Source of the DNA: Escherichia phage vB_Eco_BCPEco_001
DNA length: 64,000 bases
Sequence record: PV295200.1
Strand: one strand, 5' to 3'
The translations under genes and the position numbers were made by a program. Positions 29,730-39,250 of the stretch are shown one piece after another. The notes below the pieces were generated by a model. It was not told the origin of the DNA. It worked only from the letters and a program-made list of their open reading frames with translations, and did not search any database. Numbering within the stretch: the first letter of the stretch is position 1; each line of letters starts with the position of its first letter.

Positions 29730-30739
29730 TGAAAACAGTAATGAAAAGCTATTTTGGTAGCCATCTTTATGGAACTTCTACCCCAGAATCTGATGTAGAT
29801 TTTAAAGAAATCTTTGTTCCTCCTGCTCGCGATATTCTTATCGGAAATGTCAAAGAGCATATGAGTAAAAACACTAACAATACATCATCTAAAAACACTA
29901 AAGATGATATTGACCATGAACTATACAGTCTTAAATATTTCTTTAAATTAGCAGCAGATGGTGAAACTGTAGCATTAGATATGCTTCACACTCCACCTGA
30001 ACTAGTGGTTAAATCTGATTTGCCTGATGTGTGGAAGTTTATTCAAGACAACCGTTCTCGTTTTTATACGACTAACATGAAATCATATTTAGGATATGTC
30101 CGCAAGCAAGCTTCTAAATACGGTGTCAAGGGTTCTCGTTTGGCCGCATTACGTGATGTATTGAAAGTAGTTAATCAAATCCCTGAGCAATGGGTTGATT
30201 ACCAAGAAGACGGTTCCATTAAGCAGCGTCGAACTAAAGTTGAAGATATTAAGCATCGTCTTCCAGAGAACGAATTCTGTGAATGGGTATTCCATAATCA
30301 TGAGAAAACAGGCCCACAAACGTTCTACACTGTGTTGGGTCGTAAATATCAAACAACACTTTCTCTTATTGAGCTTAAGCAATCTTTGAATAAACTTGAT
30401 GCTGAATACGGCGAACGTGCTCGTAAGGCTGAAGCGAATGAGGGCATTGACTGGAAAGCTCTGAGTCATGCTTGCCGTGGTGGACTCCAACTATTGGAAA
30501 TTTACAAAACTGGCGACTTGGTTTACCCACTTCAAGACGCTCCATTTATTCTCGACGTGAAGTTGGGTAAACATCCATTTAAAACCGTTCAAGAGTTTTT
30601 GGAAGATGTGGTCGATCAAGTAGAAGCAGCATCTACTGAAGCTTCTAAGAACGGTATGCAGCAAAAAGTAGACATGGGTTTCTGGGATGACTTCCTTGAG
30701 AAGGTCTATCTTGAAAACCACCGAAGTTATTATAAATGA
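29726..30739 (+). CDS. predicted nucleotidyltransferase (pol-beta superfamily-like)
   Basis: 337 aa; N-terminal FGSHLYGTSTPESDVDF fits the hG[GS]x9-13 Dh[DE] nucleotidyltransferase signature; candidate third acidic residue in VALDMLH. Confidence 0.5.
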   Translation: MMKTVMKSYFGSHLYGTSTPESDVDFKEIFVPPARDILIGNVKEHMSKNTNNTSSKNTKDDIDHELYSLKYFFKLAADGETVALDMLHTPPELVVKSDLPDVWKFIQDNRSRFYTTNMKSYLGYVRKQASKYGVKGSRLAALRDVLKVVNQIPEQWVDYQEDGSIKQRRTKVEDIKHRLPENEFCEWVFHNHEKTGPQTFYTVLGRKYQTTLSLIELKQSLNKLDAEYGERARKAEANEGIDWKALSHACRGGLQLLEIYKTGDLVYPLQDAPFILDVKLGKHPFKTVQEFLEDVVDQVEAASTEASKNGMQQKVDMGFWDDFLEKVYLENHRSYYK

Positions 30740-30741
30740 TA

Positions 30742-30767
30742 GGGAGCCTTCGGGCTCCCTTTTTTTA
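30742..30767 (+). terminator. rho-independent terminator
   Basis: gggagcc ttcg ggctccc followed by ttttttt. Confidence 0.65.
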
Positions 30768-30771
30768 TTTC

Positions 30772-30819
30772 AAAAATTTTTCACAAAACGGTTTACAAGC
30801 ATAAAGCTTTATGGTACTA
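30772..30819 (+). promoter_or_regulatory. early promoter with conserved leader (promoter-plus-stem-loop type cassette)
   Basis: tttttcacaaaacggtttacaagcataaagctttatggtactatacaactatcaactgatacggatttggagaataaaATG; leader near-identical to 59026-59107. Confidence 0.6.
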
Positions 30820-30854
30820 TACAACTATCAACTGATACGGATTTGGAGAATAAA

Positions 30855-31823
30855 ATGAAAACTGTAACTATCAATAAGGGTATCTACTTTGGTAAAGAAA
30901 TCTCTGGAACTTTTGAGCTCTTAGGCGAATGGTTCCCAGATAATGCTCCGGTGGATGCACAAGGAGATGGTAAAGTTTTTGTTGAAATTGACGGTAAGCG
31001 TCGCGGTGTTTGGGTTTACAAATCAGACATTTCATATGATGGTGTAAAAGTTGAAGAAGTTAAAGAATCATATGAAGATATGAAAACCCGCATTAATAAA
31101 AGATTTAATGTTATGGGAATGATGACGAATGGTATTATTAACGGAAACATTCGTTCATTAATTATCTCTGGTGCGGCGGGTATTGGTAAAACGTATTCTT
31201 TAGATAAAGCTTTAAATAAAGCAAATGATATTGGATACATTGAGTATAAAAGCATTAATGGTAAAATCTCAGGTATCGGTCTTTATGAGCAGCTCTGGAA
31301 TAATCGTGAAGAGAATTCTGTCCTTTTGATTGATGATGTGGATGTTTTCTCTGATATGGACATTCTTAATCTTCTGAAAGCTGCTCTGGACACTGGAGAG
31401 ACCCGTAAAGTCTGCTGGAGCACTGCATCTTCTTACTTAGAAGAAAAAGGCATTGACCGTGAGTTTGAATTTAAAGGAACAATTGTTTTTATCACAAACG
31501 TTGATATTGACCGCGAATTAGACCGTGGTACTAAACTTGCTCCACATTTACAAGCATTAGTGTCCCGCTCAGTTTATTTAGATTTGGGTGTTCACACTAA
31601 TGAAGAAATTATGGTCAGGGTTGAAGATGTTATTCTTTCAACCGACATGATGCAAAAGCGCGGTCTTTCTGATGAAGAAACTTATAAAGCATTATCATGG
31701 ATGAAAGTCAATGTTAACCGTTTACGTAATGTTTCACTGCGTACTGCACTTTATCTTGCTGACTTTATTATGACCGACAAAAACGGTTGGGAAGAAATCG
31801 CTGAAACGGTATTGTTAAAATGA
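30855..31823 (+). CDS. P-loop ATPase (AAA-like)
   Basis: 322 aa from MKTVTINKG; Walker A GAAGIGKT, Walker B VLLIDDVD; track ORF 30687 is an upstream extension through the promoter. Confidence 0.6.
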   Translation: MKTVTINKGIYFGKEISGTFELLGEWFPDNAPVDAQGDGKVFVEIDGKRRGVWVYKSDISYDGVKVEEVKESYEDMKTRINKRFNVMGMMTNGIINGNIRSLIISGAAGIGKTYSLDKALNKANDIGYIEYKSINGKISGIGLYEQLWNNREENSVLLIDDVDVFSDMDILNLLKAALDTGETRKVCWSTASSYLEEKGIDREFEFKGTIVFITNVDIDRELDRGTKLAPHLQALVSRSVYLDLGVHTNEEIMVRVEDVILSTDMMQKRGLSDEETYKALSWMKVNVNRLRNVSLRTALYLADFIMTDKNGWEEIAETVLLK

Positions 31824-32539
31824 AAAAATATTTTACTATCTATAAAACTGAAATATTAAATTTAAAGACTGGCGTTAAGAAATATTATTATGGTCGACAT
31901 ATAACTAATAATATCAATGATTCGTATGTTGGTAGTGGAAATTATATAGAACGTGTAAAAGTGTCAAATGACCACATATTATCAAAAACGGTTTTAGAAG
32001 TTTTTGATAATTATGATAAAATGGTACAAGCTGAAATATTATATATCATGGCAGGTAAATTGAAATATGGAAAAAACTGTGTTAACCTGTCATACGGGGG
32101 TGAAGGAGGAAAGGTTGCAGATGAAACTAGAATAAAATGCAAAAAGCATTCTATAAATTTATGGAAAAATCCTAATCATATACAGCATATGAAGAAAAAG
32201 ATGAAAGAGGTCACATCCACGCCGGAAGCTAAATTAAACACTTCAATAAAAACTTCGCAACGATATAAGGACCCGGTTTTTGTTAGAAAAGTTAGTAATA
32301 TTATTAAAAAGAAACTAAGCAATCCTGCAGTAAAAGAAAAGCATATTAATGGAATTAAAGCTGCAAAGCGTTCTCATTTAACTATATGGCAGTATGAAGA
32401 TGAATTATTCGAGCTTTGGAAAGAAACTAAATGTGGATGGAGAAAATTTACAAAGGAAGCTATAAAACACGGATATCCAAATGAACCGTATCGTAGTATG
32501 GTATCAACTTTTCAGAAAAGACATTTAGAAGAATCCTAA
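31820..32539 (+). CDS. GIY-YIG homing endonuclease (Seg-like)
   Basis: 239 aa; KKYYYGRHITNNINDSYVGSG GIY-YIG-type N-terminus; basic C-terminal DNA-binding-like region; ATGA-coupled to the upstream ATPase. Confidence 0.6.
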   Translation: MKKYFTIYKTEILNLKTGVKKYYYGRHITNNINDSYVGSGNYIERVKVSNDHILSKTVLEVFDNYDKMVQAEILYIMAGKLKYGKNCVNLSYGGEGGKVADETRIKCKKHSINLWKNPNHIQHMKKKMKEVTSTPEAKLNTSIKTSQRYKDPVFVRKVSNIIKKKLSNPAVKEKHINGIKAAKRSHLTIWQYEDELFELWKETKCGWRKFTKEAIKHGYPNEPYRSMVSTFQKRHLEES

Positions 32540-32621
32540 GACAAAAAGGCAGTTCAGAAATAGATTATATGGACTGCCATCAAAAAGATGACTAGAATTA
32601 AACTGGTAAATGGAGGTAGTG

Positions 32622-32924
32622 ATGTTATACTCAAAGGCTCGTGAAATTTACGAAACTAAAATTAAAGAAGCTGTACTTCAATTCGCAACAACGATGCGAT
32701 GGACAAATGATTGGGAATATTCAAAAAATCATAAGAAGCCCCTGGTGACAAGAAAGGCTCATATGTTAGTGTTAATAGACCGTGAGCAGATTAAAGCCCG
32801 AGAAGCCCTCCAGAATCATAAAAAGGCTGCCTTTGAATGGTTTATGGATAACACTGCTCCTGAGACTAAGAAAGCAGTGAGCGCGTGGTTCAGTGGAAAA
32901 AATTGTGAAAGAAGTTTCTTTTAG
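32622..32924 (+). CDS. hypothetical protein
   Basis: 100 aa from the ATG with SD GGAGG. Confidence 0.45.
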   Translation: MLYSKAREIYETKIKEAVLQFATTMRWTNDWEYSKNHKKPLVTRKAHMLVLIDREQIKAREALQNHKKAAFEWFMDNTAPETKKAVSAWFSGKNCERSFF

Positions 32925-32955
32925 TGGTTTACAAGACTGTTCCTCTGTGGTACTA
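32925..32955 (+). promoter_or_regulatory. early promoter with conserved leader
   Basis: tggtttacaagactgttcctctgtggtactatacaactatcaactacggagga. Confidence 0.55.
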
Positions 32956-32984
32956 TACAACTATCAACTACGGAGGAATACAAA

Positions 32985-33512
32985 ATGAACGCTAAAGATA
33001 TTTTCAACCTGGTAAATTACAACGATGGTAAATTTAAATCAGAAGCACAAAGCAAGTTCTTTAATGACATCTCAATTGGAGGTGAAATCACGGTTGATGG
33101 AGGACAAATTTACAAATCCCGTTGGAATTGGATCGTTATTATTGATGAGATTGGTATTGTAGAAATTTACAAGAATACGAATAAAAATCGTACATTACAC
33201 TGGTCTCGTGATACTAACGAACAGTACAAAAAGGATAAAGCATCTAAATTATCTCGTGTAACTCAAGAAGATATTGAGTTCATCAAGAAAGATATTTTGA
33301 TGTATGATAACTTAATTGCTGAAGAGCAAGCTGTTATTGATAAATTTGATGAGATTAAAGCTTCTCGTGAAATTCCTGATTTTATGAAAGAATCAGTAAA
33401 TGAACGATACACTCTCATTTCAGAGCGTATTGAAACTTACAAAAAGCAAAGAGCTGAACGCCAGAATACTCTTCGGAAATTTGAAGAACGGTTAAAGACG
33501 GTACTCGCATAA
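32985..33512 (+). CDS. hypothetical protein
   Basis: 175 aa; charged helical C-terminal half. Confidence 0.5.
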   Translation: MNAKDIFNLVNYNDGKFKSEAQSKFFNDISIGGEITVDGGQIYKSRWNWIVIIDEIGIVEIYKNTNKNRTLHWSRDTNEQYKKDKASKLSRVTQEDIEFIKKDILMYDNLIAEEQAVIDKFDEIKASREIPDFMKESVNERYTLISERIETYKKQRAERQNTLRKFEERLKTVLA

Positions 33513-33567
33513 CCGCTTTATACCAAGGATGGTATAATGGTTCTAAGCCCTTTTAATTGAGATTATT

Positions 33568-33969
33568 ATGAAACAGTTGATAATTAAAAGATTGAATTTA
33601 TTGATATGTTGTTTATGTATAGTAATTGCATATGGTTATTACGCAATTAATGATTATATGCATTATAAAGATTATGATGTTACTGTAGTTAATACCCTTA
33701 CAGGAACTCAAGGAAAGGGGTCTAGTTTATCGTTTATTGCCGTATATGAACTCAAAGACGGTTATAGATTTAGCGAATATATTTCCCCAGAGATGTATTC
33801 ATCAATAGAAAAAGGCGATAATATTACTGTAAGTTTACGTCCTTTCGACGTAAAACAGACATGGTTTGATAATATTGTTTGGTTCTTTGGAATGGCATTA
33901 GTTCAATCTATATGTGGTACTTATATAGTTTGTTCAATCTTATTCCGCGTAATTGGTAAAATTGAGTGA
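33568..33969 (+). CDS. membrane protein
   Basis: 133 aa; hydrophobic segments at the N- and C-termini. Confidence 0.5.
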   Translation: MKQLIIKRLNLLICCLCIVIAYGYYAINDYMHYKDYDVTVVNTLTGTQGKGSSLSFIAVYELKDGYRFSEYISPEMYSSIEKGDNITVSLRPFDVKQTWFDNIVWFFGMALVQSICGTYIVCSILFRVIGKIE

Positions 33970-33976
33970 GGAAAAT

Positions 33977-34864
33977 ATGTCAGTAGTAATTAATAATATC
34001 AATGCAGTAATTAAATCTTTAGTTAATAAAAAATTAAATGAATGGACTGTACTTCGTCGTGGAGAGCCAGATAAATTTTTTCATAGATTTAACCCAACTT
34101 TGGATTTGAATGCTATTGACAGAGATGTTCATGCTGAAATTTTAGATAAATTTAAAGTTGATATTGGGTTTGGATTAGAAAAACATTTACAGCGAACAAA
34201 TGGGTCTGGAATGAGTTTATCTAATCGCATCATGAAAGCCCTTAATAAAATTGGAGCGTTGTCTCGTATTAACGCGAGTGAAATCCTTCGTAATTATAAT
34301 AAAGGATATGACCTTTATGGTCGACTAATGCCGAAATTGTCATTCGATCAAATGATTGCGGATTTGTGGGAAAATCAACGACGATTATTAGCATTAGGCG
34401 CTCGATTGGCTAAAGGTCTAGATAAACAAATGATTTTTAAAACTAATAATACAGAAGACCTTAAATGCTTTAAATTTAGTACTCGTGGAGATGATTATTA
34501 CGTCAGAGCTCACTCTACAGATTATGTCAATATGGGTCATCATCTCTGTTTAGCTTTTGAAATTTTAAAAGAAGCTGGAACATTAGAATATGTGTCTGGT
34601 GCTAAATGCCCGATTGGTTCAAGTTGTATTTTAATTTATCGCCCGGATGAATCCAGTTCAACTAAATTGTCTACAAAACCTGCGCCAGTTCGTAGTAACG
34701 AAAAACATTCTGAGCAAATTGATTATTTTAATAAGCAAATTGAAGAGCTGAATATTTCTATTCAACAGTATGACGATGAAATTTTCAGACTATCTGGACT
34801 GAGTAGTAAAGCTAAATCTGAGCGTGAAAAGTTAATTAAAATTGTTGATTTACTTAAATCTTAA
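33977..34864 (+). CDS. hypothetical protein with C-terminal coiled coil (tandem family member 1)
   Basis: 295 aa from MSVVINNINAV with SD GAGGAAAAT; C-terminal 45 aa heptad-repeat tail. Confidence 0.5.
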   Translation: MSVVINNINAVIKSLVNKKLNEWTVLRRGEPDKFFHRFNPTLDLNAIDRDVHAEILDKFKVDIGFGLEKHLQRTNGSGMSLSNRIMKALNKIGALSRINASEILRNYNKGYDLYGRLMPKLSFDQMIADLWENQRRLLALGARLAKGLDKQMIFKTNNTEDLKCFKFSTRGDDYYVRAHSTDYVNMGHHLCLAFEILKEAGTLEYVSGAKCPIGSSCILIYRPDESSSTKLSTKPAPVRSNEKHSEQIDYFNKQIEELNISIQQYDDEIFRLSGLSSKAKSEREKLIKIVDLLKS

Positions 34865-34872
34865 GGAACACC

Positions 34873-35895
34873 ATGAAAACTCGTTCTCAAATTGAAGATA
34901 TGGTTCGTAATGCCAGCTATAATCGTGATGTTATGACATTTTTGTGTGAAAATAATTTAGACCTTAATAAAGTTAATTGTTCCATTCACGCCTTTAAACA
35001 TCTAAACAGCAGTGAATGGGTGCGTAATTTTAATGAAGCGGGGTATATTACACAAATGACTGCTCGCGAGCAGCTCACCGATTTCTGTAAAACTATTGAT
35101 TATAAAAATCCTCTATTTGTTCAAGGCGTTGGTCAAAGTAAGGTCGATTTATCATCTGGATTTTTCAATCCAAATCATTATCGTCTTGAATGGAGATTTA
35201 TTGCTCTATTCCGTAAACAATTAAAGCAAATTTTGTCGACGGCTAGTCGATTAAAAGGTTCTGACATTAACTTAAAGAACCTGAAATTTGATGGTTATAC
35301 TCTTCAGATGGAAGTAAGACCATTAAAAGAAAATAATAGAACTGCACGAATTAGCTTTAAACCTAATACAAAAAATTCTCTTTCAATTTGCGAATGCCTT
35401 AAATCGCAGTTGACAGAAGCATTTAAGTATATGGATGTTGTTGCTGCAGTTCAGTCTAAGATTTTACCTCATTTTGAGCGAAATTGGGAACATACAACAA
35501 CGTATGAACTTGATATGATCGTTTCATTTAAATATGATTTTTTGAGAAAGGATGAAGTCCCGCAAGAGAAAAAGCAGGAAGTGCAAGATAACTTAAATTT
35601 ATCTAATTGCTCATCAAACGATCCTAAATTTTGGATGTATAGCTCAGGTAATAAAGATGCATGGAAATTCAATAAAGTGAATTTTCTTCCTATTGAAAAT
35701 CCGAGTCTTAAACCTGTTGAAAAATGGCACGCGGATGCGATTGAGAAGTCTATCAAGGCAGTAGATGATGAACTCGTTAAAGCGACCAATGAAGTGCTAG
35801 AAGCTGAAAAGATGCTAGAAAAAGCTCAAGAAAAAGTCAAAAATCTCACGAAGCAACGTTCTAAACTGAACAACGCACTAAATGCACTAAACTAG
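34873..35895 (+). CDS. hypothetical protein with C-terminal coiled coil (family member 2)
   Basis: 340 aa; C-terminal tail LEAEKMLEKAQEKVKNLTKQRSKLNNALNALN. Confidence 0.5.
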   Translation: MKTRSQIEDMVRNASYNRDVMTFLCENNLDLNKVNCSIHAFKHLNSSEWVRNFNEAGYITQMTAREQLTDFCKTIDYKNPLFVQGVGQSKVDLSSGFFNPNHYRLEWRFIALFRKQLKQILSTASRLKGSDINLKNLKFDGYTLQMEVRPLKENNRTARISFKPNTKNSLSICECLKSQLTEAFKYMDVVAAVQSKILPHFERNWEHTTTYELDMIVSFKYDFLRKDEVPQEKKQEVQDNLNLSNCSSNDPKFWMYSSGNKDAWKFNKVNFLPIENPSLKPVEKWHADAIEKSIKAVDDELVKATNEVLEAEKMLEKAQEKVKNLTKQRSKLNNALNALN

Positions 35896-35952
35896 TTTAC
35901 TTCGCCACAAGGATGTGGTATAATGTTCTTACTTTCTACTGAGGAGATTAAT

Positions 35953-36954
35953 ATGACTCGTAACGAATATATCAAATCATTCAATAGCGTTATTGATGAT
36001 AAAGTTAAACCTATGTCTAGTCAGAATAGTGTTCTTTCTATTATCAATCAGTGGCTCAACAATACTGATGCAAGTATTGTTTCTTCCAGCAAATTTATTC
36101 ATGAAGTTCATAAAATTTCTAGTCGTGTAGATAAAGATGATATTAAGGAAACCTTTAAAGGGTCTCGTCTTCTTTCATATTTAGTTAATCAAGATATTCT
36201 TAGTAAATTTGGGAAAGAAATTAAACGAACTAAAGATGTAGTAGGATACAATTGGTTCGGAGATGTTAATTCTTATCATCTTAATAATAAAGAAGACCCT
36301 GAGAATATTTTTACTCGTCGTTGGGTTAGTAATTTCAGGCTTTTCAAGAAGCAACTTCTAAAATCAGCTTCTAAATTATGTTATGGCGATTATCGTCAAA
36401 TTCATCCTTTGGCTTCTGATATGATTATCATAAAAGAATATGAACTTGATAAAAATAAAGCAGCTATTTTTGTGAATTATGAATTTTTTACACCAGAAGC
36501 TAATCAAAAGAACATTAATAAATTTTTCTCAATTGCTAGTGATATAACTCGTCAGTTAGAGACTGCATTACTTTGTATGGAAACAGTAGAAAATATTCAT
36601 ACTTATCCTTTTAAGAATATATGCGGTTGGGAAGGATATAAAATTGTAGTTAGTCTTCGTGAAGTAAAGTGTGCGTACTCACCGACTGATAAAGAAATTT
36701 ACCAACAAAAATGTGATGAAATTGTGAATACTCCTAAAGAAGAAACTACCCTTGAGGAACTAATGGAATGTCTTGACGATTCACCTGAACCGATAGAAAT
36801 TCGTCCAGAAGTTATTGCATTAGAAAAAGCTTATAAAGAAGTTCTAGAAATTTCTAATAAAGCACAGAAAGAATATGAGCAGGCTAAAAGGATTTGGGAA
36901 GAATCTGTTAATCGCCTGGATCGTCTTGAACAAGCTTTACAGTTAATTAAGTAA
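35953..36954 (+). CDS. hypothetical protein with C-terminal coiled coil (family member 3)
   Basis: 333 aa from MTRNEY with SD GAGGAG; own early promoter (gtttac...tggtataat) at 35894-35922; the track start 35923 lies in the promoter. Confidence 0.5.
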   Translation: MTRNEYIKSFNSVIDDKVKPMSSQNSVLSIINQWLNNTDASIVSSSKFIHEVHKISSRVDKDDIKETFKGSRLLSYLVNQDILSKFGKEIKRTKDVVGYNWFGDVNSYHLNNKEDPENIFTRRWVSNFRLFKKQLLKSASKLCYGDYRQIHPLASDMIIIKEYELDKNKAAIFVNYEFFTPEANQKNINKFFSIASDITRQLETALLCMETVENIHTYPFKNICGWEGYKIVVSLREVKCAYSPTDKEIYQQKCDEIVNTPKEETTLEELMECLDDSPEPIEIRPEVIALEKAYKEVLEISNKAQKEYEQAKRIWEESVNRLDRLEQALQLIK

Positions 36955-37008
36955 AATTTAAAGCCAAGGATGGCTCGGAGTATAAACCATTAACCAAGTG
37001 AGAAGAAC

Positions 37009-37938
37009 ATGAAAACTCGTAAACATTATATTGATTATTTTGACAGTCTTATTACTAAACATCGTGATTATCAGATAGGACACAGAGCAGTAATCAATAA
37101 TATTCTTCGTGATTTCCTTCAGTATGTTGGCCAGGAAAATCATATCTGTAAAGATACTCAGAACGCTTATTCTCATTCGTTAGGCAATTTACTTGAATGG
37201 TTTAAACGTTCTCGTATGTTATCTTCTACTGTAGCTCGTGATAACATTGAAAACTTTATGAAGCCGAGCTTCATTAAATCTGCGACATCTATAACCGATT
37301 TGGTTGAATTTACTATTGTTAACGATGTTAAAAAGACCCATTTGGCTGATTGGTTATCTACCATTCCCGAAACTAAATTTGCTGATAAATTCGCTTGTCA
37401 ATTCAATGACCAAGTGAATATGCTTTTTAAGCATGCTCGTAAACTATTTACCGCGGGCGATGACCGTACAAATACAGTTCATGTTAAGGATTGGGTTATT
37501 GCTGATGAAGTAACACACAAGCCAGGTGGTTCATCAGTATTAATTAATATCCAGGTTCCTTATTATTACTCACGTAATCTCGGCACCATGACAGCTAGAG
37601 AAATTAATAAGCACAACAAAATTATTCGTTCGTTGTCTTATAAACTCTGCACGATGGTGGAGATGATGGACGTAGTGGAAATGTATGACGAAACCGAAGA
37701 TAATGGTTCAATGCTGTACAGTTCACGCATTCTAATTAAACTGAAGAACCCTAATACATATAAGCAAGTTGTAAAAGAACCTAAAGCAGAAAAGGCTGAT
37801 AATCTGAGTGAAGAACGCGAATATCTCAATGCTCGTTTGATTGAAGTTGAAGCCCAAATTGCAGAACACACCAAATTGTTAAAAGCTCTTAATGCAAAAG
37901 CAAATGGTTTACGCAATGCTATTGAGGTATTGAAATGA
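37009..37938 (+). CDS. hypothetical protein with C-terminal coiled coil (family member 4)
   Basis: 309 aa; C-terminal tail [42 protein letters not shown]. Confidence 0.5.
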   Translation: MKTRKHYIDYFDSLITKHRDYQIGHRAVINNILRDFLQYVGQENHICKDTQNAYSHSLGNLLEWFKRSRMLSSTVARDNIENFMKPSFIKSATSITDLVEFTIVNDVKKTHLADWLSTIPETKFADKFACQFNDQVNMLFKHARKLFTAGDDRTNTVHVKDWVIADEVTHKPGGSSVLINIQVPYYYSRNLGTMTAREINKHNKIIRSLSYKLCTMVEMMDVVEMYDETEDNGSMLYSSRILIKLKNPNTYKQVVKEPKAEKADNLSEEREYLNARLIEVEAQIAEHTKLLKALNAKANGLRNAIEVLK

Positions 37939-38249
37939 AAAAGCGTCTATTAGAAGACATTGCAGCTTCAAGTAATTCTAGTCTAATTAAAATTATTATG
38001 GCTGGTGAAGAAGACAATCTGGAAATGCGTGGAAAGATTTATGGTTGTGATGATTATAGCCCTCCTGTTAATTGGGATTCTGTAATGGTCATGGTTGAAC
38101 GTCGTGAAAGGGCTTCTAAAAACGTTCTTAATTGCCCTGAATGTGGAACTGAACAGGTTCAATTGATTCATTGGCAGACTAGTATTCTTCGTTATAAATG
38201 TCGCCATTGTAAACACCGATTTGACCGAGAAGAAAATGACAAAGCGTAA
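37935..38249 (+). CDS. small zinc-ribbon protein
   Basis: 104 aa; CPECG...CRHCKH pattern. Confidence 0.5.
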
Positions 38250-38478
38250 AGAATATATGGAGACTGCTGAAAAGGCAGTCCGTGAATTAGCAATAGCTTA
38301 TTATAATGAACATGGTAAATTTCCTGATAGATACAGCGTGCTTAAATCTGCTTTAACTCGTTCATATAAAAATATGCTATCAGAAGTAAGTGATATTATA
38401 TACAAACATAAAGAACAAACGGGCCAAAGTCTTGATTACGACGAGACTTTTAAACAAGTACTAGGAATTAAGGAATAA
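38236..38478 (+). CDS. hypothetical protein
   Basis: 80 aa from an ATG ([15 protein letters not shown]); the track start at 38221 is a TTG. Confidence 0.45.
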
Positions 38479-38479
38479 T

Positions 38480-38743
38480 ATGTTTAAAGTATATGGTTAT
38501 GATAGCAACATCCATAAATGTGTGTATTGCGATAATGCAAAACGTCTTTTGACCGTGAAGAAACAGCCGTTTGAATTTATCAATATTATGCCGGAAAAAG
38601 GTGTTTTTGATGATGAGAAAATCGCTGAGCTTCTGACTAAACTAGGTCGTGATACTCAAATCGGCTTAACAATGCCTCAGGTATTTGCTCCTGATGGAAG
38701 TCATATTGGTGGATTTGACCAATTGCGGGAATACTTTAAATGA
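38480..38743 (+). CDS. nrdC: thioredoxin/glutaredoxin NrdC
   Basis: 87 aa; MFKVYGYDSNIHKCVYCDNAKRLL with CVYC redox motif, matches T4 NrdC from memory. Confidence 0.85.
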   Translation: MFKVYGYDSNIHKCVYCDNAKRLLTVKKQPFEFINIMPEKGVFDDEKIAELLTKLGRDTQIGLTMPQVFAPDGSHIGGFDQLREYFK

Positions 38744-38955
38744 TTCTCGAAGGAACTGATTATATTCATGATTACCGCGGAAGCGCGGTATATGTAGGTG
38801 ATGAAGTTGCAGTTTATTATGGGTATGGAACTTTGATGACAGCCAAGGTTATTCAAATTAAAAATAATCGTGCTAAACTCGAAGTTTATTATTCTAATGG
38901 TGAAAAGTCTATTTCTAAGTGGAAATACGGTGATTGCATGGTCAAACTGGGGTAA
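38740..38955 (+). CDS. hypothetical protein
   Basis: 71 aa, ATGA-coupled to nrdC. Confidence 0.45.
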   Translation: MILEGTDYIHDYRGSAVYVGDEVAVYYGYGTLMTAKVIQIKNNRAKLEVYYSNGEKSISKWKYGDCMVKLG

Positions 38956-38957
38956 AT

Positions 38958-39128
38958 ATGATTTACGATATTAGTGTATCAAGAACTCCATCAATGGTTA
39001 CTATTCCAGCTGAAGAATTAGATCGTCTTCATAAAATTGAAGAACTTCTTTGGGAAATTGAATGTGACCTGCCATCAGGATTAGAATCCTGGGTTGATTA
39101 TGAAGAACTTAATAAGCTTCGGGGTTAA
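38958..39128 (+). CDS. hypothetical small protein
   Basis: 56 aa from the ATG (MIYDISVSRTP...); the track start at 38934 is a TTG. Confidence 0.4.
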   Translation: MIYDISVSRTPSMVTIPAEELDRLHKIEELLWEIECDLPSGLESWVDYEELNKLRG

Positions 39129-39250
39129 ACCTTGGTGGGCGGCTAGATGGGAAACTGTAGAGCCAGAGCCGGAAGAACCGGTTTACACTGATGAAGAAAC
39201 AGTATATAATGAACCAACGATAAATGACTTAATTGATATGGAGATGGGAC

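Noticed and set aside
30687-30854. N-terminal extensions of track ORFs 30687 and 59042 (shared peptide GTIQLSTDTDLEN)
   Set aside because: The shared peptide is just the translation of the conserved promoter/leader cassette; true starts are the ATGs at 30855 and 59108.
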